Positions 1 to 9,575 of a stretch of 33,217 bases of DNA are shown here, piece by piece. The translations under genes and the position numbers were made by a program. Numbering within the stretch: the first letter of the stretch is position 1; the number at the start of each line of letters is the position of its first letter. The notes under the pieces were generated by a model. It saw only the letters and a program-made list of their open reading frames with translations. It made no database searches and was not told where the DNA came from. The stretch comes from an uncultured Methanosarcinales archaeon (GTDB taxonomy: Archaea > Nanobdellota > Nanobdellia > Woesearchaeales > CAZXZL01), in NCBI GenBank assembly GCA_964645415.1, contig CAZXZL010000007.1, positions 1-33,217 of the forward strand, given 5' to 3'.

Positions 1-102
1 TTATTATTATTATTTTAGCTTTTTATAATACAGTTAGATAATTTTCTCATTATAATATTTTTTTAGTATACTATTTAGTATATTGGTATATTAAACAAAA
101 CA

Positions 103-160
103 TTTATAAATTATTATACATATTTGTATATTAATGGTATATTATGTACTATTGAGGTGA
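103..160 (+). promoter_or_regulatory. Archaeal TATA box (TTTATAAA, 103-110) and ribosome-binding site (GAGGTGA, 154-160)
   Basis: Canonical motifs upstream of an in-frame TTG at 166; an A-rich BRE-like tract precedes the TATA. Confidence 0.6.
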
Positions 161-165
161 TATTT

Positions 166-1011
166 TTGAAAAAATTTATGTTAGTTTTAGGAATTTTTTT
201 AATGCTGGGGATGTCCTTAGTATTGGCAGATGAAGTAGCTCTTGATGGTGAAGATGGAGAGATTCCAACAACACTTGATGTTGTTGCACCGCCTGAAGTT
301 TTTGATATCGAACTTAATGAAGGATTAGATATCGAACTTGAACCAGGTGAAGATGTTACAGTTTGGTGTAATGCGACTGTAAGAAATCCAATTGATGAAT
401 TAAGTAATATTGAAAGTGTTGAAGCAGAATTAGAATCTGTTGATGGAGATGAATCTTTTTCCACAGACTGTGATTATGATGATGAAAGTTCTGATGAAGA
501 AGGAGATGTTGGTTGTGAGTTTACTTTAGCTCACTATACAGAATCTGGTGATTTAGAATGTACAATTACTGCTATTGATCATGTAGATCAAGAAGGTAGT
601 AATTCAACTCAAGAAGAAGTATTAGAATTACTTGCTTTTGGTTATTCTGATGAAGTAATTGATTTTGGTGCATTAGCTTGGGAAGAAAGTGCAGAAGAAA
701 GTAGAGATTTAAGAAACTTAGGTAATACTGAATTTAATATTAATGTTGATTCAGATGCAGGTGAAGGTAATGATGGTGCAATGTCTTGTGAATTAGGTCA
801 CATTGATTTTGAAGATATGGAAACTGGTGATGAATCAGGTGATTTAAATACATTAGATTCAGAAAATCCTGTTGAAGTACTATTAAATGCTGAAGTTGGA
901 AATGAAGATACTCCTGAACCAGAAGTAGATGTATACTTTGGAGTTACTGTTCCAGAAGGTGTTGAAGGTACTTGTAGTGGAAGTCTTTTACTTGAGATTT
1001 TAGCTGCATAA
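166..1011 (+). CDS. Secreted, extremely acidic beta-rich surface protein (hypothetical)
   Basis: TTG start 5 nt after GAGGTGA; signal peptide MKKFMLVLGIFLMLGMSLVLA; six Cys; mature part has no Lys and 3 Arg. Confidence 0.8.
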   Translation: MKKFMLVLGIFLMLGMSLVLADEVALDGEDGEIPTTLDVVAPPEVFDIELNEGLDIELEPGEDVTVWCNATVRNPIDELSNIESVEAELESVDGDESFSTDCDYDDESSDEEGDVGCEFTLAHYTESGDLECTITAIDHVDQEGSNSTQEEVLELLAFGYSDEVIDFGALAWEESAEESRDLRNLGNTEFNINVDSDAGEGNDGAMSCELGHIDFEDMETGDESGDLNTLDSENPVEVLLNAEVGNEDTPEPEVDVYFGVTVPEGVEGTCSGSLLLEILAA

Positions 1012-1017
1012 ATCTAA

Positions 1018-1044
1018 TTTTTTTTTTCTTTTTTTTTTTCTTTT
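1018..1044 (+). terminator. Oligo-T archaeal terminator
   Basis: Long T runs immediately after the stop codon. Confidence 0.55.
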
Positions 1045-1167
1045 ATTCTAAAATTATATGAATTTCTATTAGAATTCAATTTTAAAAAATCCTTTTAATA
1101 ATTTATTCTTATTTTAACTATTTTTTTCTTTTCTTTATTTTATTATTTACATTCTTTTTTATTTACT

Positions 1168-1334
1168 TCTTATTATTCTTATTATTCTTATTATTCTTAT
1201 TCTTATTNNNNNNNNNNNNNNNNNNNNNNNNNNNNNNNNNNNNNNNNNNNNNNNNNNNNNNNNNNNNNNNNNNNNNNNNNNNNNNNNNNNNNNNNNNNNN
1301 NNNNNNNTTATTATTATTATTATTATTATTATTA
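1168..1334. repeat. TCTTATTAT and (TTA)n simple repeats flanking a 100-N scaffold gap (1208-1307)
   Basis: Directly visible in the sequence. Confidence 0.9.
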
Positions 1335-1402
1335 TTTTATTTTTTTTCTCTCATCTTCTGTGATTTTACTAATTTTTGAGTAGTGAAAATAGAAAAACTT
1401 AA

Positions 1403-1897
1403 ATGTTAGTAAAATTGTTTAATACTAAAATGTCAGGAAAAACCTTTGATGAAAAAAAAGTATGTCTTGAAAGTCTTTTAGAAGATCTTTCTTCTTTTTT
1501 TAGAAATTTAGAATTAGAAAATAATGATAACCAAACTAAAGCAATTGTTTATAATGATGGAGAGAAGAGAAAAGTAATATGTGATGGTGTATATGCTAAA
1601 GATAAAATGAATCATATAAATCCTTTCACTATAAAAAACGTTTATGTAGGTAATATTTCTGATTTAGAAGATTTAGAAAAAGTAAATATTAGTGATCTTG
1701 AGTTACAAGTTGAATCTAATTTAGATGATATTCTTCATAATAATATGGGAACTATTTATGATTATGATATTGAAGATGAATTATTTAAACAAATAAATAA
1801 AGATTTAGAAAATCCTATTTCTGTTATTCTTTCAAAAAATGCTTATGATGATTCAATTCCAATTTATTCAAATAAATTTGGAGGAAGTTTATACTAA
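1403..1897 (+). CDS. Hypothetical protein
   Basis: 164-aa ORF with genome-typical codon usage; no recognised motif. Confidence 0.65.
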   Translation: MLVKLFNTKMSGKTFDEKKVCLESLLEDLSSFFRNLELENNDNQTKAIVYNDGEKRKVICDGVYAKDKMNHINPFTIKNVYVGNISDLEDLEKVNISDLELQVESNLDDILHNNMGTIYDYDIEDELFKQINKDLENPISVILSKNAYDDSIPIYSNKFGGSLY

Positions 1898-2005
1898 TTT
1901 TATTTTTTTTCTTCTTTATTTATAAATCATACCAACAGTTATTTATATTATGAATTGTATATTATTTATAAACTTTTAATTAATTATTTTTATTAGGTGT
2001 AATTT

Positions 2006-3742
2006 ATGAAACTTGAAGAAATTGCTAAGTTTTTTGCTTTAAAAAATGCTCATGAACATAATGGTAAAGCTAATCCCGGTAGTGTTATAGGTAGTGTTAT
2101 TTCTGAAATTCCTGAAATAAAGAAAGATATGAATTCTAATTTACCTATAATTAAGGATATTGTTAAAGAAGTTAATTCAATGTCTAAAAAGAAAATTAAA
2201 GAGGATTATAATAAAATAGTAAAATCTTTTCCTGAATTAGTTGAGGATGAAGATGATAATTCAAAAAAAGAATTAAAAGATTTAGAAAATGTTTCTGAAA
2301 AAGGTGTTGTGATGAGATTTGCTCCTTCTGCATCTGGTCCGATGCATTTAGGACATGCTTTTACTGGAGGAATTACTTCACTTTATGTTAAAAAATATGG
2401 TGGTGAGTTCATTTTAAGGATTGAGGATACTAATCCAGATAATATTTATCCAAAAGCATATAAAATGTTAGAGGATGATGCTGATTGGATTTTTGGAAAT
2501 GTCACTGAAGTAATCATTCAATCTGAAAGAATGGAGTTATATTATGAATATATTGAAAAACTTATTAATTTAAAATCTGCTTATGTTTGTACTTGTGAAC
2601 CTGAAACTTTTCGAGAATATGTTAAAGATCAAAAAGACTGTCCTTGTAGAAGTAATTCTAAAAGAAAAAATAAGAAGAGATGGAAGAAGATGCTTGATAA
2701 GACAGGTTACTCTGAGGGAGATGCTGTTATAAGATTTAAATCAGATATGAAACATAAAAATCCGGCTATGAGAGATTTTCCTTTGGCTAGAATTTGTAAT
2801 ACCCCTCATGCAAAACAAGGTGTTAAATATAGAGTTTGGCCACTTATGAACCTTTCTGTAACTGTTGATGATATTGAGTCTGGAATGACTCATATTATTA
2901 GAGCAAAAGATCATCAAACTAATTCCAAAAGACAAAAATTGATTTATGATTCTTTAGGTTTATCCGATGATTTCCCTGAGGTTTATTTTACTGGTAGATT
3001 AAAATTTGAAGATCTTGACCTTTCTACTTCAAAAACAAGAAAACTTATTGATGAAGGAAAATATGATGGTTGGGATGATGTTAGACTTCCAACTTTAAAA
3101 TCTCTTAAAAAAAGAGGATATCAATCTGAAACTTTTCATGAACTAATTAAAGAATTTGGATTAAGTAATGTTGATAAAGTATTTTCAAGAGAATCTTTTT
3201 TTAAAACATTAAATAAAGTTAATAGAAAAATAATTGATGATAAAACTTATCGTTTTACATTTTTAGAGGATCCTGTTTCAATTAATATTGAAAATATCCC
3301 TAGTAAAAATGAGATTAAAATACAATTACATCCTGATATTGAAAACAAATACAAAACATTTAATCTAAGAGAAGACTTTTTATTAAAAGAAGAAGTTGTT
3401 GAAGAGATTAAAGAAAATAAAAATTACCTTTATCGAATGAAAGATGCTTTTAACTTCTTTTATGATGGAGAAATTTTTAAATTTCATTCATTTGACTTTG
3501 AAGAATATAAAAAATCTGAAAATAAAGGTGGTGTGATTCAATTTATTCCTAAACATTTAGGTGCAAAATCAAAAGTAATTAAACCCTCAGAAGATGGTTC
3601 TGAAAAAGTAGTTATCTCAGGTTATGCTGAAAATAAGGTTATTAAATTTGATTCTGAAATGGTTCGATTTGAGAAATTTGGCTTTTGTCGTTTTGTTAAA
3701 AAAGCACATCACGAATTAATCTTTTATTATACACATGATTAA
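2006..3742 (+). CDS. gltX: Glutamate--tRNA ligase, archaeal type
   Basis: RFAPSASGPMHLGH (HIGH), LRIEDTNP, YVCTC..CPCR Zn motif, NPAMRD, THIIRAKDH, GWDDVRLPTL; AGGTG RBS. Confidence 0.97.
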   Translation: MKLEEIAKFFALKNAHEHNGKANPGSVIGSVISEIPEIKKDMNSNLPIIKDIVKEVNSMSKKKIKEDYNKIVKSFPELVEDEDDNSKKELKDLENVSEKGVVMRFAPSASGPMHLGHAFTGGITSLYVKKYGGEFILRIEDTNPDNIYPKAYKMLEDDADWIFGNVTEVIIQSERMELYYEYIEKLINLKSAYVCTCEPETFREYVKDQKDCPCRSNSKRKNKKRWKKMLDKTGYSEGDAVIRFKSDMKHKNPAMRDFPLARICNTPHAKQGVKYRVWPLMNLSVTVDDIESGMTHIIRAKDHQTNSKRQKLIYDSLGLSDDFPEVYFTGRLKFEDLDLSTSKTRKLIDEGKYDGWDDVRLPTLKSLKKRGYQSETFHELIKEFGLSNVDKVFSRESFFKTLNKVNRKIIDDKTYRFTFLEDPVSINIENIPSKNEIKIQLHPDIENKYKTFNLREDFLLKEEVVEEIKENKNYLYRMKDAFNFFYDGEIFKFHSFDFEEYKKSENKGGVIQFIPKHLGAKSKVIKPSEDGSEKVVISGYAENKVIKFDSEMVRFEKFGFCRFVKKAHHELIFYYTHD

Positions 3743-3743
3743 A

Positions 3744-4631
3744 ATGAATAGAATTTTTTTATTTTTACTATTAGTTGTATTTTCAATATCACTTTTTGGA
3801 TGTAACATCTTATTACAGGAAGATGATACTTTTAAAATTACTTCAACTTCTCCTGTTATGACATCAATTGCAAATGAATTATTTGATGGAACTAATGCTG
3901 AAATCAATAATTTATTAAATAAAGAAATAAATCCAAAATATCTGACTTATTATCCAAATAATTTACATACCTCTCTTAATTCAGATATTATCTTAACAAC
4001 AGGTGAATTTGATAGATGGTTTCTTGATACTGTAAATCCTGACTCTGATGAGATAAATATTTTCGGTTTAAGAGGTTATGTTTCTCCAATTAGAGACAAT
4101 TATCACTATTGGTATGACTTTGATGGAGTTGTTGATTTTGCTAGCTCTTTTATTTATGTTTTAGAAAATGAACATAATGATTTTTTTGTAGAACATGAAA
4201 ATCAAATTCTTCAAAATTTAGAGGAGATGGAAAATAAAGTTGATAATATTATCAATGATTTTAATGAAATTTATTATTCAGATGTTGTTACAATTAATCC
4301 ATCATTTGATTATCTTATTAGAGCTTTACATATGAGTAATTATTATACTATTTCAAAAAATATTGATGAAGAACTTAATAAAAATAATTTAAATTCATTT
4401 TTTAAACTAGTAAATGATTCAGAAGAAATAAATTGTTTAATTAATGATGAATTACATTTTAATCAGTACAGGGAAATACTTAAAGAAGAAACTAAAAATA
4501 GAGATATTAGTTTAAATTTTGCTGATTTGGATTTAATGCCAGATTTAAATATGAGTTATTCTGAATTTATAACTAATCAATTGAAAAAACTAGAATCTTG
4601 CTTAAATGTAGGTGCTAATAATGGAAGATAA
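3744..4631 (+). CDS. Metal ABC transporter substrate-binding lipoprotein, ZnuA-like (divergent)
   Basis: Lipobox LFGC; NYHYWYD matches the DPHxW motif; INPSFDYL matches HxAFxY; first gene of a three-gene ABC cluster. Confidence 0.7.
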   Translation: MNRIFLFLLLVVFSISLFGCNILLQEDDTFKITSTSPVMTSIANELFDGTNAEINNLLNKEINPKYLTYYPNNLHTSLNSDIILTTGEFDRWFLDTVNPDSDEINIFGLRGYVSPIRDNYHYWYDFDGVVDFASSFIYVLENEHNDFFVEHENQILQNLEEMENKVDNIINDFNEIYYSDVVTINPSFDYLIRALHMSNYYTISKNIDEELNKNNLNSFFKLVNDSEEINCLINDELHFNQYREILKEETKNRDISLNFADLDLMPDLNMSYSEFITNQLKKLESCLNVGANNGR

Positions 4632-5397
4632 AAATATTATTGAATTTATTGATGTTGACATTGGACATTCTAATAATTTAATTGTTGGTGATGTTTCATT
4701 ATCTATAAAAGAAGAAGATTTTGTATTAATTACTAGTTCAAAAAATTCAGGAAAGACAACATTACTTGAAACAATTGTTGGAATAACTAAACCACTATCT
4801 GGTCATATTAGTGTCCATGGTGAAAAGAATTTTTTGGATTATAATCATCTTATTAGTTATATACCACAATATTTCAAATTGAACTCTGATACTTTCTCAT
4901 CTTTAGATGTAATCTTAATGGGTATAATTACTAAAAAATCTTGGTTTCCAAAATTAAGTGAGAGTGATAAAGAGTCTTCTTTAAAGTTATTTAATCTTTT
5001 AGATATTGATAAATCACCCAATGATAAATTTAGTAATCTTTCACTTCTTGAAAAAAAGAAAGTATTAATTGCAAGATCTCTTATTAATGATCCAAAAGTA
5101 TTAGTTCTTGATGAAATTGATGAAGATTTAAATCTTAAAGAAAGAGTCAAGTTAGCAAATTTTCTTAAAAAAATAAAAAAGAAAAGAAATTTGACGATTC
5201 TTTTATCTTCAAAATATTTCAATCAGTATAACCACATTATAAATAAAATTCTTTTTTTAGAAAAAAACAAAAATAAAAGTCAAATCCATTATGGTGAACC
5301 AAAAAAAATAATAACTGAAAAATTATTAAAAGGAGTTTATAGAACTAATATCAAATCTTTTAATGATGGTGAGAATATATATATAGTTAATAATTAA
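4621..5397 (+). CDS. Metal ABC transporter ATP-binding subunit, ZnuC-like (degenerate motifs)
   Basis: SSKNSGKTT Walker A, ISYIPQ Q-loop, VLVLDE Walker B; AGGTG RBS before ATG 4621. Confidence 0.85.
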   Translation: MEDKNIIEFIDVDIGHSNNLIVGDVSLSIKEEDFVLITSSKNSGKTTLLETIVGITKPLSGHISVHGEKNFLDYNHLISYIPQYFKLNSDTFSSLDVILMGIITKKSWFPKLSESDKESSLKLFNLLDIDKSPNDKFSNLSLLEKKKVLIARSLINDPKVLVLDEIDEDLNLKERVKLANFLKKIKKKRNLTILLSSKYFNQYNHIINKILFLEKNKNKSQIHYGEPKKIITEKLLKGVYRTNIKSFNDGENIYIVNN

Positions 5398-5421
5398 ATA
5401 ATATTATAAATAGGTGAAAAA

Positions 5422-6213
5422 ATGTTAGATTTATTCAATTATGGTTTTATATTTAGATCTTTAATTTCAATTATTTTATTATCAATAATTTCTTCTTTAA
5501 ATGGGAATTATGTTTACCATAAAAAAGAATTTGATATCTTACCTATCTTTATTTTATCCTCTTTTGTTGGTTTATTATTTGCTAAATTAATTGGAGCAAC
5601 TTATTTCCTTTATTCTTTTACTTTTGGTTTTATCTTTTTAATATTATATTTGTATTTAAGAAATAATAATTTAGAAAAAGATTTTAAACTTATAACAATT
5701 ATTTTACTTTCTATATTATCTGTTTTTATTATTTTACTTATAGGATTTTATTTAGAAAATATTAGCTTTTTTATTCTTGGAAATTTATTTTCTATCTCAA
5801 ACTCAGAAGTTATTTTTATTTTCGTTCTCTCAATAATTACTATTTTAATATATTATTTCTTTTTTGAGTATCTAAAACCTATTATTTTTTCAGTGAAAAT
5901 TAGTAAATCTGAAGGCTTTCCTGTTACTTTATATGAGTTAATTTTTCTATCTCTTCTTATTTTTAATATTGTTTTCTTATTTAGGACAGTAGGGATATTC
6001 TTAATTTTTCCATTTTTAATTTTTCCACCTTATATCATATCAAAACTATTTGATAACTTTAAGAAAAGATTCTTTTTCACATTTATTCTTAATTTATTTG
6101 TATCAGTTATTGCTTTTTTAATTGGTATAAATATCAATTTTTCTATTGGAATGATTTACTTATTAATAATTACGCTTATTTTCTTTTTAATTATAATTAA
6201 ACACTTTTTTTAG
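5422..6213 (+). CDS. Metal ABC transporter permease, ZnuB-like
   Basis: Multi-TM protein; FILGNLFSIS, SKSEGFPV and RTVGIFLI..LIFP match ABC-3 permease patterns; operon context. Confidence 0.75.
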   Translation: MLDLFNYGFIFRSLISIILLSIISSLNGNYVYHKKEFDILPIFILSSFVGLLFAKLIGATYFLYSFTFGFIFLILYLYLRNNNLEKDFKLITIILLSILSVFIILLIGFYLENISFFILGNLFSISNSEVIFIFVLSIITILIYYFFFEYLKPIIFSVKISKSEGFPVTLYELIFLSLLIFNIVFLFRTVGIFLIFPFLIFPPYIISKLFDNFKKRFFFTFILNLFVSVIAFLIGININFSIGMIYLLIITLIFFLIIIKHFF

Positions 6214-6311
6214 AAATTTAACTAATTTTTAATTTTTTTTAGGATAAATTATATTTTAAATATGTTTAATAAATAATAAATTATTTAAACTTCAACTCCA
6301 ATAAATAAGAT

Positions 6312-7460
6312 ATGGGAAATCCTATTAATTTTATTACTCTTTTAAGAAATGATCTTTTTATTGCATTCTTGTTATTTGCAGGTGTTTTATTATTAGAAAG
6401 AGTTATTAATATTACTTTTAAAAAATCTTTAAAAAAATGGATACAAAGTAGAGAACATGTTATTAATGATGAAGTGATGAAAGAAGTGGGTCCTGCAATA
6501 TTTAGGCTATTCATTGTTTTAGCAGTAAGGGCTTTTTATTCGTATCTCTCTGTAAAAGTACCTTACTTATCTCAAATCATAAATACATTATTAGTTATTG
6601 TTTCAATTAATTTAGTCATTCATATTTTTGAGTTAATATTAAAAGTTTGGACAAAAGGTATTAGAAAGAATCTTTTTCCTTCATCTTTTTCTAATGATGT
6701 AGCAGATAGTTTTAGTCCAATAATTAAAAAATTAATTAGAGTATTACTTATTTTAATTGGTGTTATTATTGTCTTAAGAGTTTGGAATATTGATGATTTA
6801 ATTACTCCATTACTAGGTGGTGTTGGTATCGCAGGAGTTGCAGTTAGTTTTGCAGCACAAAAATCTTTAGGTGATTTTATTGGAGGAATTTCTCTTGCAA
6901 CCGATGCAAGTTTCAAAGTAGGAGATATTATAGAAGTGAAATCAATGAACTTGTCTGGTACTGTTGAAGATATTGGATTAAGAAGTACTAGAGTAAAAAC
7001 ATGGGATAATGAGATAGTTATTGTTCCAAATGGTCAGTTATCAAGTTCAAATATAATAAATTTTAATTTACCTGATAATAGAATTAGAGTTAGAGTACCT
7101 TATTCTATTTCATATGGTGGTGATGTTAAAAAAGCTAAAAAGATTGCTTTAAGAGTTGCTAAATCACAGGAAAACTTTATTAAACATCCTGAGCCAAATA
7201 TTGTCTTTTTAGAAATGAATGATTTTTCTCTTGATTTTGAGTTAAGATTTTGGGTACGTGGAGTAAGTAATAGATGGATGTCTAAATGGAATGCTACTGA
7301 TCAAATTTATCAAAAATTTATAGAAAATGGAATTAGTATTCCTTTCCCAACAAGAACTATTAATTTTCATGATAAAACGATAAGAGAAAACTCAAAAGAG
7401 AATAGTACAAAAAATAATGAAGATAAAACATCTAAAACTAAAAAAAATCAAAAAGATTAA
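6312..7460 (+). CDS. mscS: Small-conductance mechanosensitive channel
   Basis: GGVGIAGVAVSFAAQ, FKVGDII, GTVEDIGLRST, IVIVPN, GISIPFP. Confidence 0.95.
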   Translation: MGNPINFITLLRNDLFIAFLLFAGVLLLERVINITFKKSLKKWIQSREHVINDEVMKEVGPAIFRLFIVLAVRAFYSYLSVKVPYLSQIINTLLVIVSINLVIHIFELILKVWTKGIRKNLFPSSFSNDVADSFSPIIKKLIRVLLILIGVIIVLRVWNIDDLITPLLGGVGIAGVAVSFAAQKSLGDFIGGISLATDASFKVGDIIEVKSMNLSGTVEDIGLRSTRVKTWDNEIVIVPNGQLSSSNIINFNLPDNRIRVRVPYSISYGGDVKKAKKIALRVAKSQENFIKHPEPNIVFLEMNDFSLDFELRFWVRGVSNRWMSKWNATDQIYQKFIENGISIPFPTRTINFHDKTIRENSKENSTKNNEDKTSKTKKNQKD

Positions 7461-7547
7461 TTTAGTTATATGCTTCTTTAGTTTATTTCCTAATAATTAA
7501 ATTTATAAATAAAAAAGATTTACTTTACTTTACAATAGGTGATATTT

Positions 7548-8756
7548 ATGAAAAAAATAATTTTTTCTACTTTAATGATACTTTTTTTAGTAGTTAGTTT
7601 TTCTTCAAATATTTTATCAGAAAATCAAATGATTGAAGATATTGAAATTAATGATGATGTTGATGATGATTTATTAATTGCTTATCATGAAGAAATTCCA
7701 GAATCATGTATCGATGATATAAAAGCTGCTGAAAAAGCTAGTGAAGATCAAATCTGTACTGATCAATTTATGAATTTAGAATGTCCTCATGAAGAGTATG
7801 TTTATGGTGCTACTAACGGCTGTGAAATATCTTCATTAAAAGAAAAAGGTTGGACTCAGTTGAAAGAAGACCAATATGAAGAAGAGATAAAACCTTCTGA
7901 TGAAACTCAACAACAAGATGATTTTGATAGACCACAACCAGAGAAAAGACAAAATTTAGTTGATGATATTAATTATAATCTTGAAGATTATGATATTGAT
8001 GAAAATATAAGAGATGAAATAAGAAAAGATATTCTCTCTGCAGAAAATGTTTCTGAGGATTTACATTGTACTATGCAAATTCAAGAAATGAAACATCCTG
8101 AGACTGGTTTTAAATACACTGCAAGAAATGGTTGTATTATTTCAAATCTTGAAGATAAAGGATGGGAAAGTGCTTCTCAACAAGTAAGACCATCAGATGA
8201 GCAAAATATGAATGATGGTGAGATTGATGATGTAATTTCCAGGGAAAGAGTAAAAGAAAGAGTTGAGAATGCAAGAGAAAAAGCTAACATGAAAAGAAGT
8301 GAGTTGAATGAAACATTAGTTGGATTAGATCAAGCAAGACAATCTATAGAAAGATCTAAAAACGAAGTTGCTATTTCTGTCTTAAGTTTAATCTCTTTGG
8401 AAAATGTTACTAATATAGGAAAAAATGTTAGTGAAATTGCAAGAGATATTAATCGAACATCAAGAGAATCTATTGAGTTAGAACAAAAAATCCAAAAAAG
8501 AAGTAGAATCTCAACTTTCTTTATGGGTGGTGATAATAGATTAGCTCAAGATATTGAAAACAGAGTTCAAGAAAATAAAGATAGAATTCAAAAATTAAAT
8601 GAGTTAATTGAGAGTAGTGATGAGATTGATTATGAAATAAAAGAAATGATTAATGAAGAAATTCAAAATCTTGAAAAAGAACAAAATAGGTTGAATGATG
8701 TTGCAAATGAAGAGAAGGAGAAGAGAGGTATTTTTGGAAGATTATTTGGAAGGTAA
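7548..8756 (+). CDS. Secreted acidic protein with two Cys repeats and a C-terminal helical domain (paralog A)
   Basis: AGGTGA RBS, signal peptide, two C-x21-C-x9-W repeats, C-terminal region similar to 12724..14493. Confidence 0.85.
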   Translation: MKKIIFSTLMILFLVVSFSSNILSENQMIEDIEINDDVDDDLLIAYHEEIPESCIDDIKAAEKASEDQICTDQFMNLECPHEEYVYGATNGCEISSLKEKGWTQLKEDQYEEEIKPSDETQQQDDFDRPQPEKRQNLVDDINYNLEDYDIDENIRDEIRKDILSAENVSEDLHCTMQIQEMKHPETGFKYTARNGCIISNLEDKGWESASQQVRPSDEQNMNDGEIDDVISRERVKERVENAREKANMKRSELNETLVGLDQARQSIERSKNEVAISVLSLISLENVTNIGKNVSEIARDINRTSRESIELEQKIQKRSRISTFFMGGDNRLAQDIENRVQENKDRIQKLNELIESSDEIDYEIKEMINEEIQNLEKEQNRLNDVANEEKEKRGIFGRLFGR

Positions 8757-8788
8757 TACCTTCTTTTTTATTTTCTTTTTAATTTAAA

Positions 8789-9205
8789 ATGAGATTTAAA
8801 ATAATTATTTTTTTTGTTTTTATTTTCTCTATTTTTATACTTTCTAGTTGTAATCAACCTATTAATGAAGAATATAGAAATAACTTAAATTTATCTTCCT
8901 TGAATCGTGTTGGAGAATGTTTTAATGAAAGTAATATGATTGATTCATTAATCTATATTTATGATGATAGTTGTCCAGCTTGTTCTCAAATGAATCCTAT
9001 TGTTAATAATTTAATAAATGAAGGTTATAATATTATTAAAGTAAATGCTGTAACTGATCGTACTAATTTGAATACAGTTATGGATTGTTCTATTAACCAA
9101 CCATCTTCTGTTCCAAGTTATATTTGTCCAATTGATGGTGAGTTAAATTCAGGAGTTATTTCAGAACGAGAACTTGAAAATATGATTGAAAGATGTTTTA
9201 ATTAA
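8789..9205 (+). CDS. Thioredoxin-fold lipoprotein (CPAC)
   Basis: Lipobox LSSC; YDDSCPACSQMNP; VPSY cis-Pro loop; G..SERELE terminus. Confidence 0.85.
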   Translation: MRFKIIIFFVFIFSIFILSSCNQPINEEYRNNLNLSSLNRVGECFNESNMIDSLIYIYDDSCPACSQMNPIVNNLINEGYNIIKVNAVTDRTNLNTVMDCSINQPSSVPSYICPIDGELNSGVISERELENMIERCFN

Positions 9206-9461
9206 TTTTTTTTTTATTAAATCTTTTTTTTTTAAATCATAAATAAAGTAATTTTATTTTCTAGATAGTTATTTTACTTTTTTATTAAATTGTATTCGTC
9301 TAATGTAAATATATTATTTTAGTGTTATGTATCTTCGTTAAAGTATAGTGTGTATTCGTTAAAACGTATTATTATTATTATTATTAATTTGTGAAAGTTT
9401 TTTTGTGTGGCTTAGTTGTCTTTCAGAGTGTGTCTACGTCTTCATCTAATTCATATATGTC

Positions 9462-9486
9462 GAAATATTTCATTATGAAATATTTC
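9462..9486. repeat. Perfect 25-bp inverted repeat GAAATATTTCAT-T-ATGAAATATTTC
   Basis: Directly visible; each arm contains the self-palindrome GAAATATTTC. Confidence 0.85.
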
Positions 9487-9575
9487 TCTTAAATTATTTA
9501 GGCTATGAGTTATTGAAGTTATATAAATTAGAATAATCAATGATTATAAATAATAAGAAAAATTATAATTTAAAT

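Noticed and set aside
63..90. Three TT(A/G)GTATA repeats upstream of the first TATA box
   Set aside because: Short AT-rich words that cannot be distinguished from chance without genome-wide data
114..464. Antisense and nested ORFs (also 2741-2935, 3716-3907, 4857-5222, 6281-6514, 6620-6916, 12249-12464, 13634-13867, 17758-17958, 20260-20451, 21214-21441)
   Set aside because: They overlap well-supported genes and have shadow-like composition with no motifs
1208..1307. Biological meaning of the N run
   Set aside because: It is a placeholder scaffold gap; adjacency across it is uncertain
9291..9440. CRISPR array or replication origin
   Set aside because: Repeats are only 13-15 nt, irregularly spaced and degenerate; no cas1/cas2, no ORB G-string, no cdc6 in the window
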